A stretch of DNA of 58,557 nt, the filler included, from Platydemus manokwari (taxonomy: Eukaryota), in NCBI GenBank assembly GCA_037951405.1. It is 5 parts of 5 records of this genome, joined end to end, with 100 filler letters (N's around TTAATTAATTAA, not from the genome) between each part and the next. Parts side by side here need not be neighbours in the genome. Positions count along the whole stretch, not along the records: positions 11,139 to 22,991 come from JBBMOY010428888.1; positions 23,092 to 34,907 come from JBBMOY010455556.1; 3 more parts are not named here. One strand, given 5' to 3'. Positions within the stretch are counted from its first letter, which is position 1. Each line of letters starts with the position of its first letter. Both the position numbers and the translations under genes were made by a program. Positions 15,104-29,450 of the stretch are shown in pieces. The notes beneath the pieces were generated by a model, which did not search any database, was not told the origin of the DNA, and saw nothing but the letters and a program-made list of their open reading frames with translations.

Positions 15104-17376
15104 ATTCGACGAATAAGATTAAATCTGAAATTATAAAATATTAATCGAATAATTAAAAAGATGATTATTCACAAACGTAAACGTATTAGACAATGAAAAA
15201 TATTTTATTGTGGTGTTGTTTTTAGTAGACGTTCACATTATGTATAGTGACGAGACTGTTTGTAATTGCTAAATAATGTCGTAATTCAACAACATAATAG
15301 CTTGGCATTTTGGTTTGTTAAGAGACCTCTGCAAATGAAAATACGATTACAGATTTGCAAGTTTGATCAATAACAACAAATTATCGAATTATCGGATTTG
15401 TATTGTATATTTCGCAATAGAATAATATTGTAATAGATATTTGACGATTCATGAATTAATGAATTCTGTGTAATAAACATGGTTAATGAGTGTTGCGAAT
15501 GATGCAGATTTATTTGTCAAACGATATGTAATATCGCGTATTGATTTCAGAAATTGGAATTTCCAGATGTTGTGTAGCATTGGCCATGTGAATGATGATT
15601 GATTATTCAAGTGACTTGATATCGATCTCAATCTACCATTTCAATTTTCATTATATTGATTTCTCTGAAAATATGATTACTTTTTGAAGTTTGAAAATTA
15701 TAGTAATTTATAATCTCAAGTCATATCATAATAATATAAACAATATTTAATATAATAGTTACAATAATTATTATAATCAGGATCGCTTGAAAGTTTTATG
15801 ATTTATCAATCTGACTCAAATAAATTAATAACACAATACAAATCGATTGAAATAAAAGAAACTATTATTATCACAATTGATACAAATTCAACTAAAATTA
15901 TTAATAATGAGACAATAACCAGATAGAATTAGTGCAATTATTATTATATAGGGTTTTATTGTTATGATAAGTCAAATTAAGTCTCTTATACTTTCGCCCT
16001 AGGATGTCTCTTTGCTGAATAACTTGCAGGTGAGCTTATAAGTGCAAGAAACCACTCTTAGTTTTTTAATAAAATTTTTGATAAAATTTTAAACTTTATT
16101 TAGACGAATGATTGGACTAGATACAGACCATTCAGATAAATTATATACATATATAAAAGTTACATCATGATAGAATGTTGAAAATTAAATTAAAGATTCC
16201 TTGTAGTTAAAAATTTAAAATAACCGTTTAAGTGACAAAATAATTCTTCTCTCAATTGTGTTTTGTCTAGATTGTGGGTTACTATTTATAATTTTCCACA
16301 AGATCAAGAACTGTAGGTTTATTAGGCGTTTAAATGCCTTGTCGTTAATTTTATTTTTCCTACTCTGATAATTTTATTTAATCATAAAGTCGCCCACATA
16401 AATTATAACCATAATTTTCCTACATGAATTTATTTATTATACTTTTATTTATTAAAATCTCTTTCAAAATAATACAATTCCTTTAAACTTAATAATAGGT
16501 TGTTAAACTGTTGTTTGGTTAAACTTAATAATACAAGATCTCACCACTATCGTCTCATCAACTTATCGTCAAATCCCCATCTCCGAACTATATACAAAGA
16601 CAAAAACATTAAACTAATTGTTGAATAATTAAACAAAAGCTGAGGTGATAATGAATAAACACAGGAAAAAGCAGAGAAAGACCAAAATATATCCCCTTAA
16701 AGTCGTGCAATGCTCTTTTACTTCTCAGCGTCCAGATCAAAAGTGCTCCACATTTTTCATTAGGTTGATGTTTAGATTATTCACTTGAATTTCTATTGAA
16801 GATATTGAAAAAATGCTTATTACAACCGCCAAGGTAGTTAAGAGTTTTATTTTCTTCAACTATAAAATAAAATATAATTATCAATATCTGCAAATCACAC
16901 AATCGTGTTCCAAATCCATTAATGTCAAAATTTGCTGATTTTCATAAATTTAGACGATCTTTCTTGTGGATGAGATAATTCTCATTTACAGATCCAACTC
17001 TGTAATAAAGTTATTGCATTATCAGTATCAAATTTGCAATGAATGATATTCTCAGAACTCCACAACTCTAACTCAAAACTGACAGATAAAATAAAAAAAA
17101 TAAAAACCAATAATTTAACTCAGTAGGAACAATACAAACAATGATATTTATTACACAATCACATAAAATCGAAAGGGTATCAACACCTGAGTTGAGTTTA
17201 ATTTATTATTAAATTAAAGATATTCGTGTCAGGCAGAAGAATTTTTTGCAAGACCTTGAAATAGGGATAAAAAAGACTTATTTGCTAGGTTTCCTACTAA
17301 TCTGTAAATTTTGAGAAATTAATTAGTGCACGATGATCTCGAAGATAACATTTTTATATTTTCAATTTATAATTTT

Positions 17377-17800
17377 GTTGAGTATACCATCCACTACGAA
17401 ATACACCACGACAACACAAAAATTTACTCACAGTTACAAAATCCAGGGTAGTTACTTACATTTGCTAACCCAGAAATTTACTTACAAGCTCTACCGCCAC
17501 AAAGCCCAGTGTATATAGCCATTGAACATTATTAAGTCCAGTTTTGTACGTAAATAATGAAAGCACGCAAGCACTAATCCGATAATATAACACAATACAC
17601 AACACCTTGATTATGAATAACAAATCCGAGCAAAAATGACATCAACATCGGTCAAGCCAGTGATATGAAACAATAATCCTATAACAATAATCATCTTAAC
17701 AAACCATAACAATAACAATGATATTGAGCACTTTGTATAAAAACGATATTGTGATTTATTAATGTAGTTTTTGTGTTTTAGCTTTTTATGCGACTTTAAT
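17377..17800 (-). mobile_element. LTR-like segment downstream of the Gypsy protease fragment
   Basis: On the minus strand: a TATA-like TATATA (~17512-17517), three tandem splice-donor-containing units, and a terminus ...CTCAACA at 17377. The 5' boundary is uncertain. Confidence 0.35.
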
Positions 17801-17804
17801 CATT

Positions 17805-18200
17805 TTACTGTGATGAATTGATTGTGGCCACCTCTTTCAGCTGAATCCTGATTGCATTCATCGTGTCAACACCCCCAATGAAATCGGAACAAATTCTTTT
17901 TGCTGTCACAATCTTAATTTTTCTTTTCCTTTCTTTCAACTCAGCAATGACATCTGAATAACCTAGAGGGCGTTCGGCTCCCGTTGAAAACACTCCACTC
18001 AGTGTAATCAAACTATCTTGCAATTTTGGGCTTCCCACTTTCTTCCAATAGTTCTCGCTCATCACTGTGACAGGCGCCCCCGAATCCCACAACACCTCTA
18101 CTTCAGCTTCGTTGATCAACATTTGCAAGTTCGACAATTAATAGTCATTCCTCCGTATCTTGCATCCACTTTGAGGCCTCGTTTGAATTCCTTCCTGTTT
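17805..18200 (-). pseudogene. Ty3/Gypsy retropepsin (aspartic protease) fragment
   Basis: VEVLWDSGAPVTVMSE (DSG catalytic motif) and DFIGGVD (the ILGxD equivalent). The ORF stops before any RT and the upstream frame is broken. Confidence 0.8.
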
Positions 18201-18404
18201 CGGCAAACTCTCGAATAACTCTTTCTTCTCCTGGTTTCTTGTTATTGCATTGATTTGTATGGCGTGGTTGCTAGTTACGTCATAAGCACTTTCAGGCATA
18301 ATATTTATTTGAATAACTAGACTAATCAGCCAATCAATTATTTAAACAAATACAATGCGTTTCTTTATTTAATCACGTTATTTAAATAAATTGTAAATAT
18401 CAGA

Positions 18405-19377
18405 TGTAAGGAAATATACAAGGTAAAAAGAAATAAATATACAAAAGAGATAAAAGGTTATTATTTATTAGCGATAAGCATGAAATAATTACCATAACTA
18501 TCTGAAATAATTCCGGAATAATATATGACGAGAAAAGACAAATCACGTAGGCGTGATAATAAATAATTCATGTAGGTGTAAGGACGCAAGCAATAGTTGA
18601 CTATAAATACTGCACTTAGAGCTAATCAAAACACACCAATCGATAACCAGACGGCAAGTGGAAACCAACGGAATAATCGACATGGTAATCTTAGTTATTA
18701 GCGTTCAATTTATTAGATCTATATTAGTCATTTACGGAAATAGATAAATTTTTCAGATCGAGGGAATTATTCTTCTTAATCACACGAAATTTCACCGATA
18801 CAGTTTTCCTGCAGCACAAATTTATTGTTATATCTCTTTCATCACTCATAATTATATGCTAAGCGGTAAATATAAATTAATTTTTTTGCTTGTCGATAAT
18901 TAATATTCTCCAACTTAACTAAACTCTGCTTCGCCAGTACTTAGGCAAGGTACTAGCTATTTGACATATTTTCTTTTGTTCATTCATACTAATTGTTATT
19001 CTTGTATTTATTAAATAAATATTATTCACTGTATTTATTGGGACTTTTTGATAATTGATACAAATTCGTAATCTCGACTAAAAGTTCAACGGTCAAAGAA
19101 CGGAAAAGAGTTAAGGTGTTAAATTGAGATAATATTAGTTTTACCAACCCTTAGGCATACATTCACAATTTAATCTTGTTCAGATCCAGAGCAGCATCAG
19201 TTCCTCTATTCAAAAGACATTTTATTAAATTAACTAATTTTTCCAGTAATTAGGTCTCCATACCAGTTACTGAAGCCCCTGCGAACCGAAACTTTCAACC
19301 TTAACAATTAACATAAATTTTATTTAATAATTTCAACTTCTTTGCTTAACCCACCAATCAGAGTGCTACACGTTACG
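18405..19377 (+). mobile_element. Possible solo LTR (~1 kb)
   Basis: Begins TGTAA and ends TTACG, with TATAAATA at 18602 and internal GT/AG sites. The TSD is only partial (CAGA/CAAT) and there is no second copy in the window. Confidence 0.3.
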
Positions 19378-19425
19378 CAATGTTAATTGTACCTCTGTTT
19401 AGCTCCCAACAAGTGGGATATTCAT

Positions 19426-19443
19426 TATATATATATATATATA
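19426..19443. repeat. (TA)9 microsatellite
   Basis: Read directly from the sequence. Confidence 0.8.
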
Positions 19444-21141
19444 ATTAAGAGAACAAAAAATACTCAATTCTGAGAAACGCTGTCTACTAATGAACTATTC
19501 TGCGATTAATAGGAGTTTTTACAGGTTAATTCAAAGAGTTGCATTCAATATTCGAATCCTATAATTTAATTAATTTCATGATTTATTTTTATATTGGCTT
19601 TAGCTATTGTCATAAAATAATTATTTCTTTTTCTCTTTCCTCTGATTACTTCTCATTTTTTCTTTAACACTCAATATTATTTTTTTAATTACTTAATTTG
19701 TATTTATCAATTTAATATCGTTATATTAATACAACATTTATGGAGATATAACCGATTAATTGAGAAAATCACATACAAATCAATCAGTAATGTTTTTGTA
19801 TTGATACAAATTTAGTGTTGGATTGCTTTGCTTTTATCTCAATTCGTATAGATCTCCAAGACCAACTGATCAATCGTTGTCAGATCGTTACTATTTCACT
19901 GAAACCATTATTTAATGCTAATTGTTTTGCACTATTCCCAGATCATTACATCCAAGAATATAATTTCATCTTGATTCCATTTGTTGATCAGATCTCCCAT
20001 ACGACCTAAACTTAAATTAGTGGCAGTTTCACTGTCCTCCCTATCATTGTCAACAAAGATACAACCATTAGTAAATCGAAGAAAAATGGACTTTATTGGA
20101 TGTTAATGGCCGTTTAAGTAGACATTCAAAGTTATAATTCTAAAATAGTTTTATAGTAAATTCTAAAAAGAAGTTTTATTAATGTTTTTGTCATCATTTC
20201 ACTTGTTATGAAGCCTTTTCATAGAATATTAAGTCACTTAGATTTTTCAATAAGTTTGTTTTTCGTTAACTTACGTTCTGAACTGATTTAGACTCAATTA
20301 TATACTATCCTAATTAATCGCATAGTTATATATAGATTTACTTATAGATATCATTGCCACGAGTCTACAATTTAAAAATTACCAATCATTTCAAATTTAA
20401 AGTAAAACAACTAATCAGTTATGCATGATTCTAAACACACGAGTAATAAAATATCATGTTTTCTAAAATAAATCTAATTGTAAGTTTATTTATTTATTAA
20501 TGGAATAATATCATAAATATTTTCCTCAACAATATCAATTTAAATTTCCCCAAAAATCATAAATTAGTTATAAAATAAAATAAATTAATTTTTATATCCA
20601 ATAAAATAGTCAATTTAAAAGTTTTAAGCAACTCACTTCCAATTTATTATTAAATTTCATGAAACGATTTAATTCATCTTTCACGAATTCAATTCAATTT
20701 ATGGCGGTAGAAAATTAATTTTAATCTTTTTATTTTTCTAATATTCGATTTTTGTATGGCATTCAATAGACGTTCATATTGTGAGCATTCATTAACAATA
20801 TTTCAAAAGTAAATATCAAAATAAATATCGAATTAAAATGTCAAATGAATTTAATAAATCTAACATTTATTTGTGACCTGATTAGAATAAGTGTTAGATG
20901 AGTGCAATCAATTATGTATAGTTAATTAATAGAAAGATGTGGAATAGGCATTTTTTCTGAATTTGAGTATGAATTAGATCGATCTTGTTTTCTCAAATAT
21001 ATAACCTTTGAAACTATTTAATAAATTCCAGAGCAACTACAAGAGATCTTTAAACAAAATTGAAGAGAATTAATTAATACAACCATAATTTAAAAGAATT
21101 GGTTGTAGAACAGAAATAACATATCTCAAATATAATGTAGG

Positions 21142-21683
21142 TGTTGGGTAGGTCACAATAGCAACCAAAATGTTCATGTGAACCACAGAAATAACTCTTG
21201 AAGGGTTGATACACGCAGATTCAATAAGTGTATGTGGCAATAGCCAATCAAATTCACGCTATAAATGGACTGGCACATACCAACAAATGGCAACAAACAC
21301 CGATTTTTGCCAATGGAATAAGAGATTTAAGAGAAATTACTAACAGATCAATGTATGAACGAATTTATCTTATGAAAAAAGAAGCTCTGGAACAACAAGT
21401 GTACATACACAATAAGTCTATAAAATGAGTTGGATTTCACGAGCAACTACCAAGTTCTTTGTGTAGCTAACTTTTATTCTGTTCTGTGACTTTTGTGTGA
21501 TTTATCTGACAGCCAGTCTTCTTGGTTGTTTTCTGTTCTGTACTCAACTTTTAGGTGCTGATCCCGATTTGAGTTATAATTTTTTTGTGTTGCATTGCAA
21601 TTTTTATTGTACCTGTTGACAAGTTGAGCCTGTTATTCGTTGTAGTTTAAATAATAATTTTCAGATTTCGTTGATAGTTAACA
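21142..21683 (+). mobile_element. Solo-LTR-like element (family A, copy 2)
   Basis: TGTT...AACA termini, CCAAT motifs and TATAAAA (~21419). Colinear similarity to 29451..29974: TATAAAAtGAGTTGgaTTTCAcGAG, CTTTGTGTA, GGtGCTGATCcCGatTTGAGT, and TTTCAG near the 3' end. Confidence 0.65.
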
Positions 21684-22991
21684 CCTATCATGTACGCTCA
21701 AATCAATGTTATAATTTCTATCTTTCAATGTGTAGGAGAAACAAAGTATTCTTAATAAAATACTGAAACTATATAAATAAATAAACACTTTTTGTATGAA
21801 TAAATATTAAAGAAGTAAAAAGACAAAGTGTACTATTTTTATATAAACCAATGGGCCATATCTTGAATGGTTTTTTCAAAGGAAAACTAGGTACTGAGTG
21901 TATTTAGAGATACTGAATGGAATAAAGGAAAATTGTAAATTTGATAAATGCAATTAATTTTTAATGACATTTGTTTTTGATTTCAACACTAGACTACACA
22001 AGATCATAGAAAGTAATAGAGAACCTATAATTACTCACTTCTATATTCAAATATAAAATATGAATCACTTATAAGACTTGTTTGTTGAAATTAAGCGAAA
22101 AGTATGTGTCATGAATTTGTGTTAATTATCATATGTTATAGTTTTAAATCAAACTATTCGAAGCACAATATACTAATCTTTAAGTTAATTATTTTGGATT
22201 TGGTTTTGTTGAATCTCATCACAAGGTAAAGTTGTGAATCATCAAAGTCTACTTTCAGCTGTACCGGTTATATAGTTTTGGTTTAAATTTAGCTTACTAC
22301 TCGAAATAATATTAAAAGTAAGTTGTGAATATATTGGAATTTGTTGAAAAATCAGAGAACTCAGTATCATTGAAGAAAATGAGCTATGGTTCTTCTCTAA
22401 AGAAAAATTGATAATACTCATCATGTGCTAGATTGTCAAACATATTAGAAAATATTCGTTGCAATCAGTAAATAGAAAATTGATTCATTTCAAAACTGAT
22501 TTTTCTTTAAAGACGAGACTAGTACATGAGAAAAAATAGTTAAAATGTTGAAAGCCCATGGACTATACTAAGATAAATTGAATTTGATAAATTTATGTTA
22601 ATAATAATGGTATTTCATTCTGAGTGTTCATTATGGTAAGCTTCATATTTTATAATAAAATAATAACAATTTCACTTTGCTCTACGAAAATAAATAAAAT
22701 ATGCTCAATTATCACTTAAAGAATCAGATGGACAAGTATGTGTGTTATATAAGCTATTTATAACTAAATGGATACAGAGTAAAAACAAAATTGAATAATG
22801 TTTATTTGATTAAAACAATAAATTTAAAGCACAGAATTTACTTAAAGGGGTATAATAATTTTGAACAAAAATTTTGTGTAATTTTATCCAACATTTTTCA
22901 ACTGTTTACACCAGTTTATATTAGGTGTATTAGTATGATTCCGGCTTTTACAAAAATGAGTTAAAATTTGTATTTCAATGAATAAATTTAA

Positions 22992-23091
22992 NNNNNNNNN
23001 NNNNNNNNNNNNNNNNNNNNNNNNNNNNNNNNNNNTTAATTAATTAANNNNNNNNNNNNNNNNNNNNNNNNNNNNNNNNNNNNNNNNNNNN
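22992..23091. other. Artificial contig-joining spacer
   Basis: 44N-TTAATTAATTAA-44N. Confidence 0.97.
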
Positions 23092-25612
23092 AACCTATTG
23101 CTCAAAATCCCAGAAGGCAGCCAATAAATTTAGAAACCAAAATTCAAGAATTGATAGAAAATCTTCTGAAAAGTAATGTCATAACACCTTGCAAAAGCCC
23201 TTGGAACTCTCCTTTGGTCGTGGTTCCTAAGAAAGATGGATCGATCAGGATCTATTTAGACTTCAGAAAGTTAAACGAACAGACTGACAAGTCTTTTCCT
23301 GTACTTGATATTCAAACGTTATTGAACCCAGTGTATGAAGAGACAGTTTTCTCCACGATAGATTTAGGCCAGCATATTATCGGGTCGAACTTGAGGAAGA
23401 TTCTAAAATGAAAACGGCGTTCAGTACTAGAACTGGGCAGTTCTGTTTTAACAGACTATCTTTTGGATTATGTATCGCGTCAGCAACGTTTCAGAGTCTA
23501 ATGAATACTATAATCAAGGACTTGATTTACAAAGGCGTTCTTGCTTATCTGGACGATATTTTAGTGTAAGAAAGAACAGTAAAAGAACACAATTAAAAAT
23601 TGGACAAGGTATTCAGGTTGATTAAGCCACCCGGTTTGAAAATCAATCCCGAGAAATGCACTTTTGGCACTAAAAATTGAAATTCATAGGTCATAAGGTT
23701 AGTGCAGATGGTATAAAACCCAATAACGACAAAGTAAAGAAGATTAAAGAAGCAATTAAACCTGGTTTCATCAATCAGTTGAAGTTGTTTCTATGATTAT
23801 GTAATTATTAAAGAAGATTTATCAAGGACTACACATTAATTAAGGTTTCGTTATATGCGATGATGACTGGAAGTAACAAGAAGTTGGAGTGGAGTACAGA
23901 GTGAGGAAAGTTTTGAAAACCTTAAGGAACAATTATGCACAGCTCCGATTTTGGCCTTTCAGGATCCAAACAAAGAGATGATATTAGGCACCTATGCTAG
24001 TTTCGGAGCGATTGGAGGCGTTCTAGCCAGCTGGATGACAATAGGAAAGAGAGAGTAATGGCCTATGGTTCTAGAACTCTAAACAGCCATGGAAAAGGTT
24101 ATTGCGTCACGAGCCAAGAGCTTTTGGCAATTCACGAATTCACTATGCATTTTAAACATTTGTTGGGAAAGAAAGCCTTGACATAGATGAAGAAAACTAA
24201 CAAATCGATAAGCCCTCAGTTTCAAACATGGTTTGCAAACTTATCTGGATTCAGTTTAGAACATCATTATCGAAAGGGATCAGATCATGCAAATGCAGAT
24301 GGACTCTCGAGGATGGGCGAAGAATTTTGTTTACAATGCTTAACTCAGCACCAGGGAGCTAAAAAAAGGTAAACCAAAAAACGGTTTATTAATGTTGTCG
24401 AGTATTCAATTGCAAATAATGACGAACTAAAAAATTCAACAATAAGTTACTATCGTTGGTTCGATTCGAAAATGGTTAGGGAAAATAGAATCATAAGTCA
24501 ATTCAGCGGTCAAGAAAAGCAAATATTTTAACAGTTTAGAGAAATATGAATTGTTTGAAGATATGGTGGTGTATAATGAGAATGGAAAGAAGCTAATTGT
24601 TGTACCAGAGGTTTATTCGCAAAAACTTACGAGATACCTTCATGAAGAGTTGTGCCATATTGGTAATAAGAAATAGGTCGATTATATTAAAAAAATTTAC
24701 TTCTGGCCAAATATGTCACGAAGCAACGAACATGAAGTACGGAATTGTGATATTTGTGCTAAACGGAATGTATACACTGGGCGAACTAAAGAGATTATGA
24801 TTTCAAGGGAAGAGTTTGGGCCTCTGGAACAGGTCGTGGTTGATGTTGCGCACTCTGGGGAATTTATTACTAAAACCAGATATTTGTTGGTTATAGTAGA
24901 TAGATTCAGTAAGTTAGTAAGCTTGGTCCCACTTATTCGACAAGACGAAACTAGTATTTTGAAGGCCTTCATCGATAAATGGATCTATAGGTATGGTGCT
25001 TCAAAATCAATGCTCACTGATCGGGGTAGAGTCTTCGAAGGAAGAGAAATGAAAGAATTAGCAACACGATTTGGAATAAAACAAGAATTTACCTCCCCAT
25101 ACCAACATCAGGCAAACGGCTTAGTCGAAAGGATTATAAGGACGGTCTGAGACAGGGTGGTAGCAACGATGGCATCAGAGAAACAGTCTTGGGATAAATT
25201 AATACCGCTGATAGAATTCATCGTCAATGCAACGTATCAAAGTTCATTTCAACTTTTTCCTTTTGAAATATTGTTTGGACAGAGAATTACTAACCATGGG
25301 TTACCACTAAATGAACCAAGCCTTCACGACCAGATCATCAAAGAAACGGAAAACCAGCTAAAATCAGTGGCCACAAACTTAAAGAAATTCGATTTTGAGA
25401 AAAGAGGTTGTAGAATTTTCACAGTTGGAGAAGAGGTTTTAGTGAAGAAAGGACCACATAATATAAAGAAAAACGGAGATTGTTACGAAGGTCCTCACAA
25501 AATTTCGAAACTTTTAAGTCCACATCAAGTTCTTCTTGATTTCCAGGGACAGCCAAAACCAGGAAAGAATTGAATGGCTAAAAAGGATCTCAAAAACAAC
25601 TGAAGAGGGAAG
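23092..25612 (+). mobile_element. Decayed Ty3/Gypsy LTR retrotransposon pol (RT, RNase H, integrase) ending in a polypurine tract
   Basis: RT: SPWNSPLVVVPKKDGSIR..DFRKLN and YLDD at 23546-23557. RNase H: AYGSRTL and HANADGLSR. Integrase: HHCC (LHEELCHIG..CDIC), catalytic VDVA / TDRG / NGLVER, and GPY/F-like YEGPHKI. The RT-RH-IN order is Gypsy-type. Many stops and frameshifts. Purine tract GAAGAGGGAAG at 25602-25612. The 5' end is cut by the contig break. Confidence 0.95.
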
Positions 25613-27392
25613 TTAGATATAAAAATGAGATTTGTTTTAATATTAAAAACAAATGGTGTAATTTTGAAATAGAATAAAATATTGATGCAAACGAGTTATA
25701 TTTTTACTTACATCATTAATTTTTACGACGATATTTAGGCCTGTAATTATTTTTCTATGCCAAGCTATTTTGTGGGTAACTAACCAGGTCATTTTGACCC
25801 AACCAAATTAACTAAAAATTAAAAATAAATTGATATAAAAAAATTTTCAAATTAAGAAAATAATTCCAGAAATTACAAAATATTCATGAAATTTTTAAAT
25901 TTGTTTTATTGCATCAAAACTAATCGACATTAAGGTCATTAGGAAAATCCTCATCGAAATCTAAAAATAGAAACTCCGATGAACGGAAAATATAAATAAC
26001 AACACTAGTTGTTTTAAATAGACACTTGGACTAAAAAAAATAGTAACCCATGCCGCACATATGCTAAAATTAGCAACATATCCTAGTAAGCATAGAATGT
26101 TACCGAAAATAGCAACCAGATGCATGACTAAGACAGATGCATGCACAATAAGACACAAAATAGTATATATACTGGCATAAACAGAAAGCACTTCGCACTT
26201 CGACTATTCACTTTCGCAAGATTGTACGAATTTTACAAGCTCAACTCCGAAGCTATTTATCTTCCAAATATTGTAAGAATTTTTGCAAGCCCATTGCCGA
26301 AGCTAATTATTTTTCCATTATATGCTAATCTCGATCCGAAGATGTTACTGAAGATATTTTTTGTATGCCAATTTTAATGATGCAATCCACAAGTAAATTT
26401 TTTAACTATTCAATTCATTTGCGACCCATGGCTAGTTTAAGTCTTAAGGTCTATTAAAATCAATTAGGTTCTGCTTAACAGTTCCCCACTTTCAATTTTT
26501 TGTCACGAGAGACTTACCCGAGCACCTAAGCGGTACGCACTTTACTGTTTACTTGACTACACTACTCTTTCCTCCCAAAATAACGAATACCGTCTTGAGT
26601 ATTTTAAAATCCATTGTGTTCAGATTATTCTTGATTAATATATTTTATTTTGTCTTATTTGGCATTGTTCAATTGAATTTTATTTTATTTATATTTTAAA
26701 TATTATTTTTACTACATCTATATGTATATGGAGGTCATTTTCCTAATACATTTTTTATTTTTATAACTGGTTTATTCTTCCAGATAAATTGCTTTTAATA
26801 CTGTTAAATTATTGTTTTATTCATTGCATTTTCTAGAATTTATGCATTATCGTTATTATTTTTCTTATTCTTGATTTTATTAATCCTAATAATTATTATA
26901 TAATTTATTATTATCATGTTTGATTAAAATACTGTAATGTCCTGATTTTTCATAATATTGTTGGCGATTTCAAATTATTAACGCGTTACGGCTTTATATG
27001 ATTTATCGTTTATTTTAATGTGAAATTATTTTGAGTTGAGGATCACTATTGTCCTAATCAGTTTCAGTGAGTTTCTCATTTGCAGCATACCTTGTAAGAG
27101 TTAATATTTCATCTCACACTATCGTGTAATGACGATAAGAGTGACAACAGTGGTCATTTAAACTTTAAATCAGTCGCAACATCAAACTTAATACCTCTTG
27201 CTAAAACTAACCCTTCATTTATTGGCTTTTATTTTAATAAAGCGTTTATTATAAGCTCAATAAATTCTAGCTGACGATAAAATAATCGTACAGAATAAAT
27301 TATCGAGTAGAATAAATTTGATTACAGAGAATATTTTACCAAATAATAAATTTAATTGCAAACTATTTATTTGCCACAATTAATTTATGAAC

Positions 27393-27560
27393 ATGAAATA
27401 TACATGCACAGCATTAAATAAATAATCGTCGAGAATTTCTACTCATCGATATCTATATAAGTCAGTAACCACAGTTATTGCATGCACTAATGTTACACAA
27501 GAAAATCAGGGCGCATCTGGTAATTAAGGCAGATTATTCTGTATCATGGATCAGACTTCC
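27393..27560 (+). repeat. Dispersed repeat family B, copy 1
   Basis: ATAATCGTCGAGAATTTCTAC...TATATAAGTCAGTA.CCA.AG.TATTGCA...AGAT.ATTCTG.ATC...GATCAGA, shared with 30279..30461. Confidence 0.8.
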
Positions 27561-28110
27561 AAATAAGCAGTGTTCTACTGGAAAATCCAACAATAAAACA
27601 CTGTTTTTACAAAATCATATATTTCTATCTTATATTCCTGAGAAAGATATTTCCTCACTAATCACGAAAAGTTCAAGATTTAGACATTGAATTATCAATC
27701 ATCTTTATTTCAATTTCTGTATTTATTAAGATGCTTAATGTCATCCATGTCACGCTCACGAATTATAATTAGAAATTGTTTACATCAAAAAATATAAAAT
27801 AGTTTTTGAAAAGAAAATACATAAAATAGCATAAAAAACATTTAATAATTAGCCCTTTATTAAAATTAACCTCACAATCATCTCATAAATGCCATTCAAC
27901 ATAAATGATAAATAAATTTGTTTTTGTACATCAGTAAACAAATTTTGAATAACTTAATAAAAAATTTTAAAAAATTTATTTTAAAACAATTACTGATAAA
28001 CAAAAAATAAATATCGTTTAAAATCAAATTTAATAATAACTTAATATAACCTAAACTTCACCAAACCGTAGAAAACAAATATATTAACATTATTATAACA
28101 AAAATGATAT

Positions 28111-28575
28111 TCACATGACTTCTTCTAATTGATTTTTAGCTTCTTTAAATTCTTCTGAATCAGCCAAATCAAACTCAGAATCCTTAATACAAAATAAAAA
28201 TCATAATAATTTGCCAAATCGAACTTGAATAATATGTTCCAAATCATAAACTGCGTTTGTTAATCTTGTTTTACAATCAGGAACCATTTGCCTAGAATCT
28301 TCGAGTATTTCTTTCTAAATTTAATAATATAACTTAAAATCAATAGATTAAATATTTGCTTTACAGCTTTTTTAATATCGTATTCATCTTTGTTTTCTTC
28401 AACCATTTTTTTAATTCTCTCCGTTTGATCCATGATTTCTTGCTCATACATTTTCTGTTCTTTAACAATTCTAATTTTATATTAGATTTAATCAGATAAA
28501 TTTTAAAATTCACCTCTTGACTACTCCAGTTTTAATTTTCAATTGCTTAAGACGTGGGTCATTTGGATTACTCAT
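28111..28575 (-). CDS. TBCA: Tubulin-specific chaperone A (tubulin folding cofactor A), 109 aa, 4 exons
   Basis: Exons 28575..28514, 28470..28365, 28314..28225 and 28182..28111, with GT-AG introns of 43, 50 and 42 nt. Protein: MSNPNDPRLKQLKIKTGVVKRIVKEQKMYEQE...DEYDIKKAKEILEDSRQMVPDCKTRL...EEFKEAKNQLEEVM. Confidence 0.95.
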
Positions 28576-29450
28576 GTTACTAAGAGAAAATAATGCGTGT
28601 TTCAAACTAATCAATTTATATTAAATAAATTTAAACAACGTGAATATTCTAGAAATTATTTTTTATATATTAATATGATACTCTGGATTGTATGTAATAT
28701 TTATTTCGTCTTTTAATAATCATTTAAAAAGCAACCTTTTTGAATTAAAATTCGATTTACTATAATGGATGCCTGAATTAATTAATAAAATGCAATTGAA
28801 TTTTTGAACATATTTTTATAATTATTTTATACACTATTAACCAATTTGTCATTAATGACATTTTCTAATTATCAATTAAATCATCTATAAGTTATATGTA
28901 ATTGATTTATTATATAGTCCGAAATCACTTGTAATTATAAAGGATGTGAGTGTATAATGTTATATATGTTTTCCGTAGTTGAGACAGTATGAGAAGACTA
29001 GGTAGAAGTACAAGTAAAACAAACTAGCCTCAGATACAGCCAAATGTATCTCTCTCACGTGATTTATATCTTATTTTGTTGGTCATGGCTTAATTCAAAG
29101 CTGGACGAATAGTTGGACGTAACTGGTTGAATATTGACTTTGATTTGGCACGCAGCTTATAATAAATTTTTTGGGAGCTATTTTTTATTGGGATTTTATT
29201 GTTAGCGAATTTATGTTGTATATGAGTTGGACCAGACTCCAACAAGATTAAAAATATTTATAAAAAAATTATATTTACGAATTATACTTAATTGGAATTA
29301 CTTTAACTTCCGAATAAGGATATTGTGAATAAAAATTAATAAAGGAAATTTAAGTAAATAAAATTTAAAAACAATTATTGTTGTTTGTTGTGTAATCAAT
29401 TTAATTTTCTTCTCTGCTATTCTTTCTAATCAATTTTGTTTATAGCAAAC

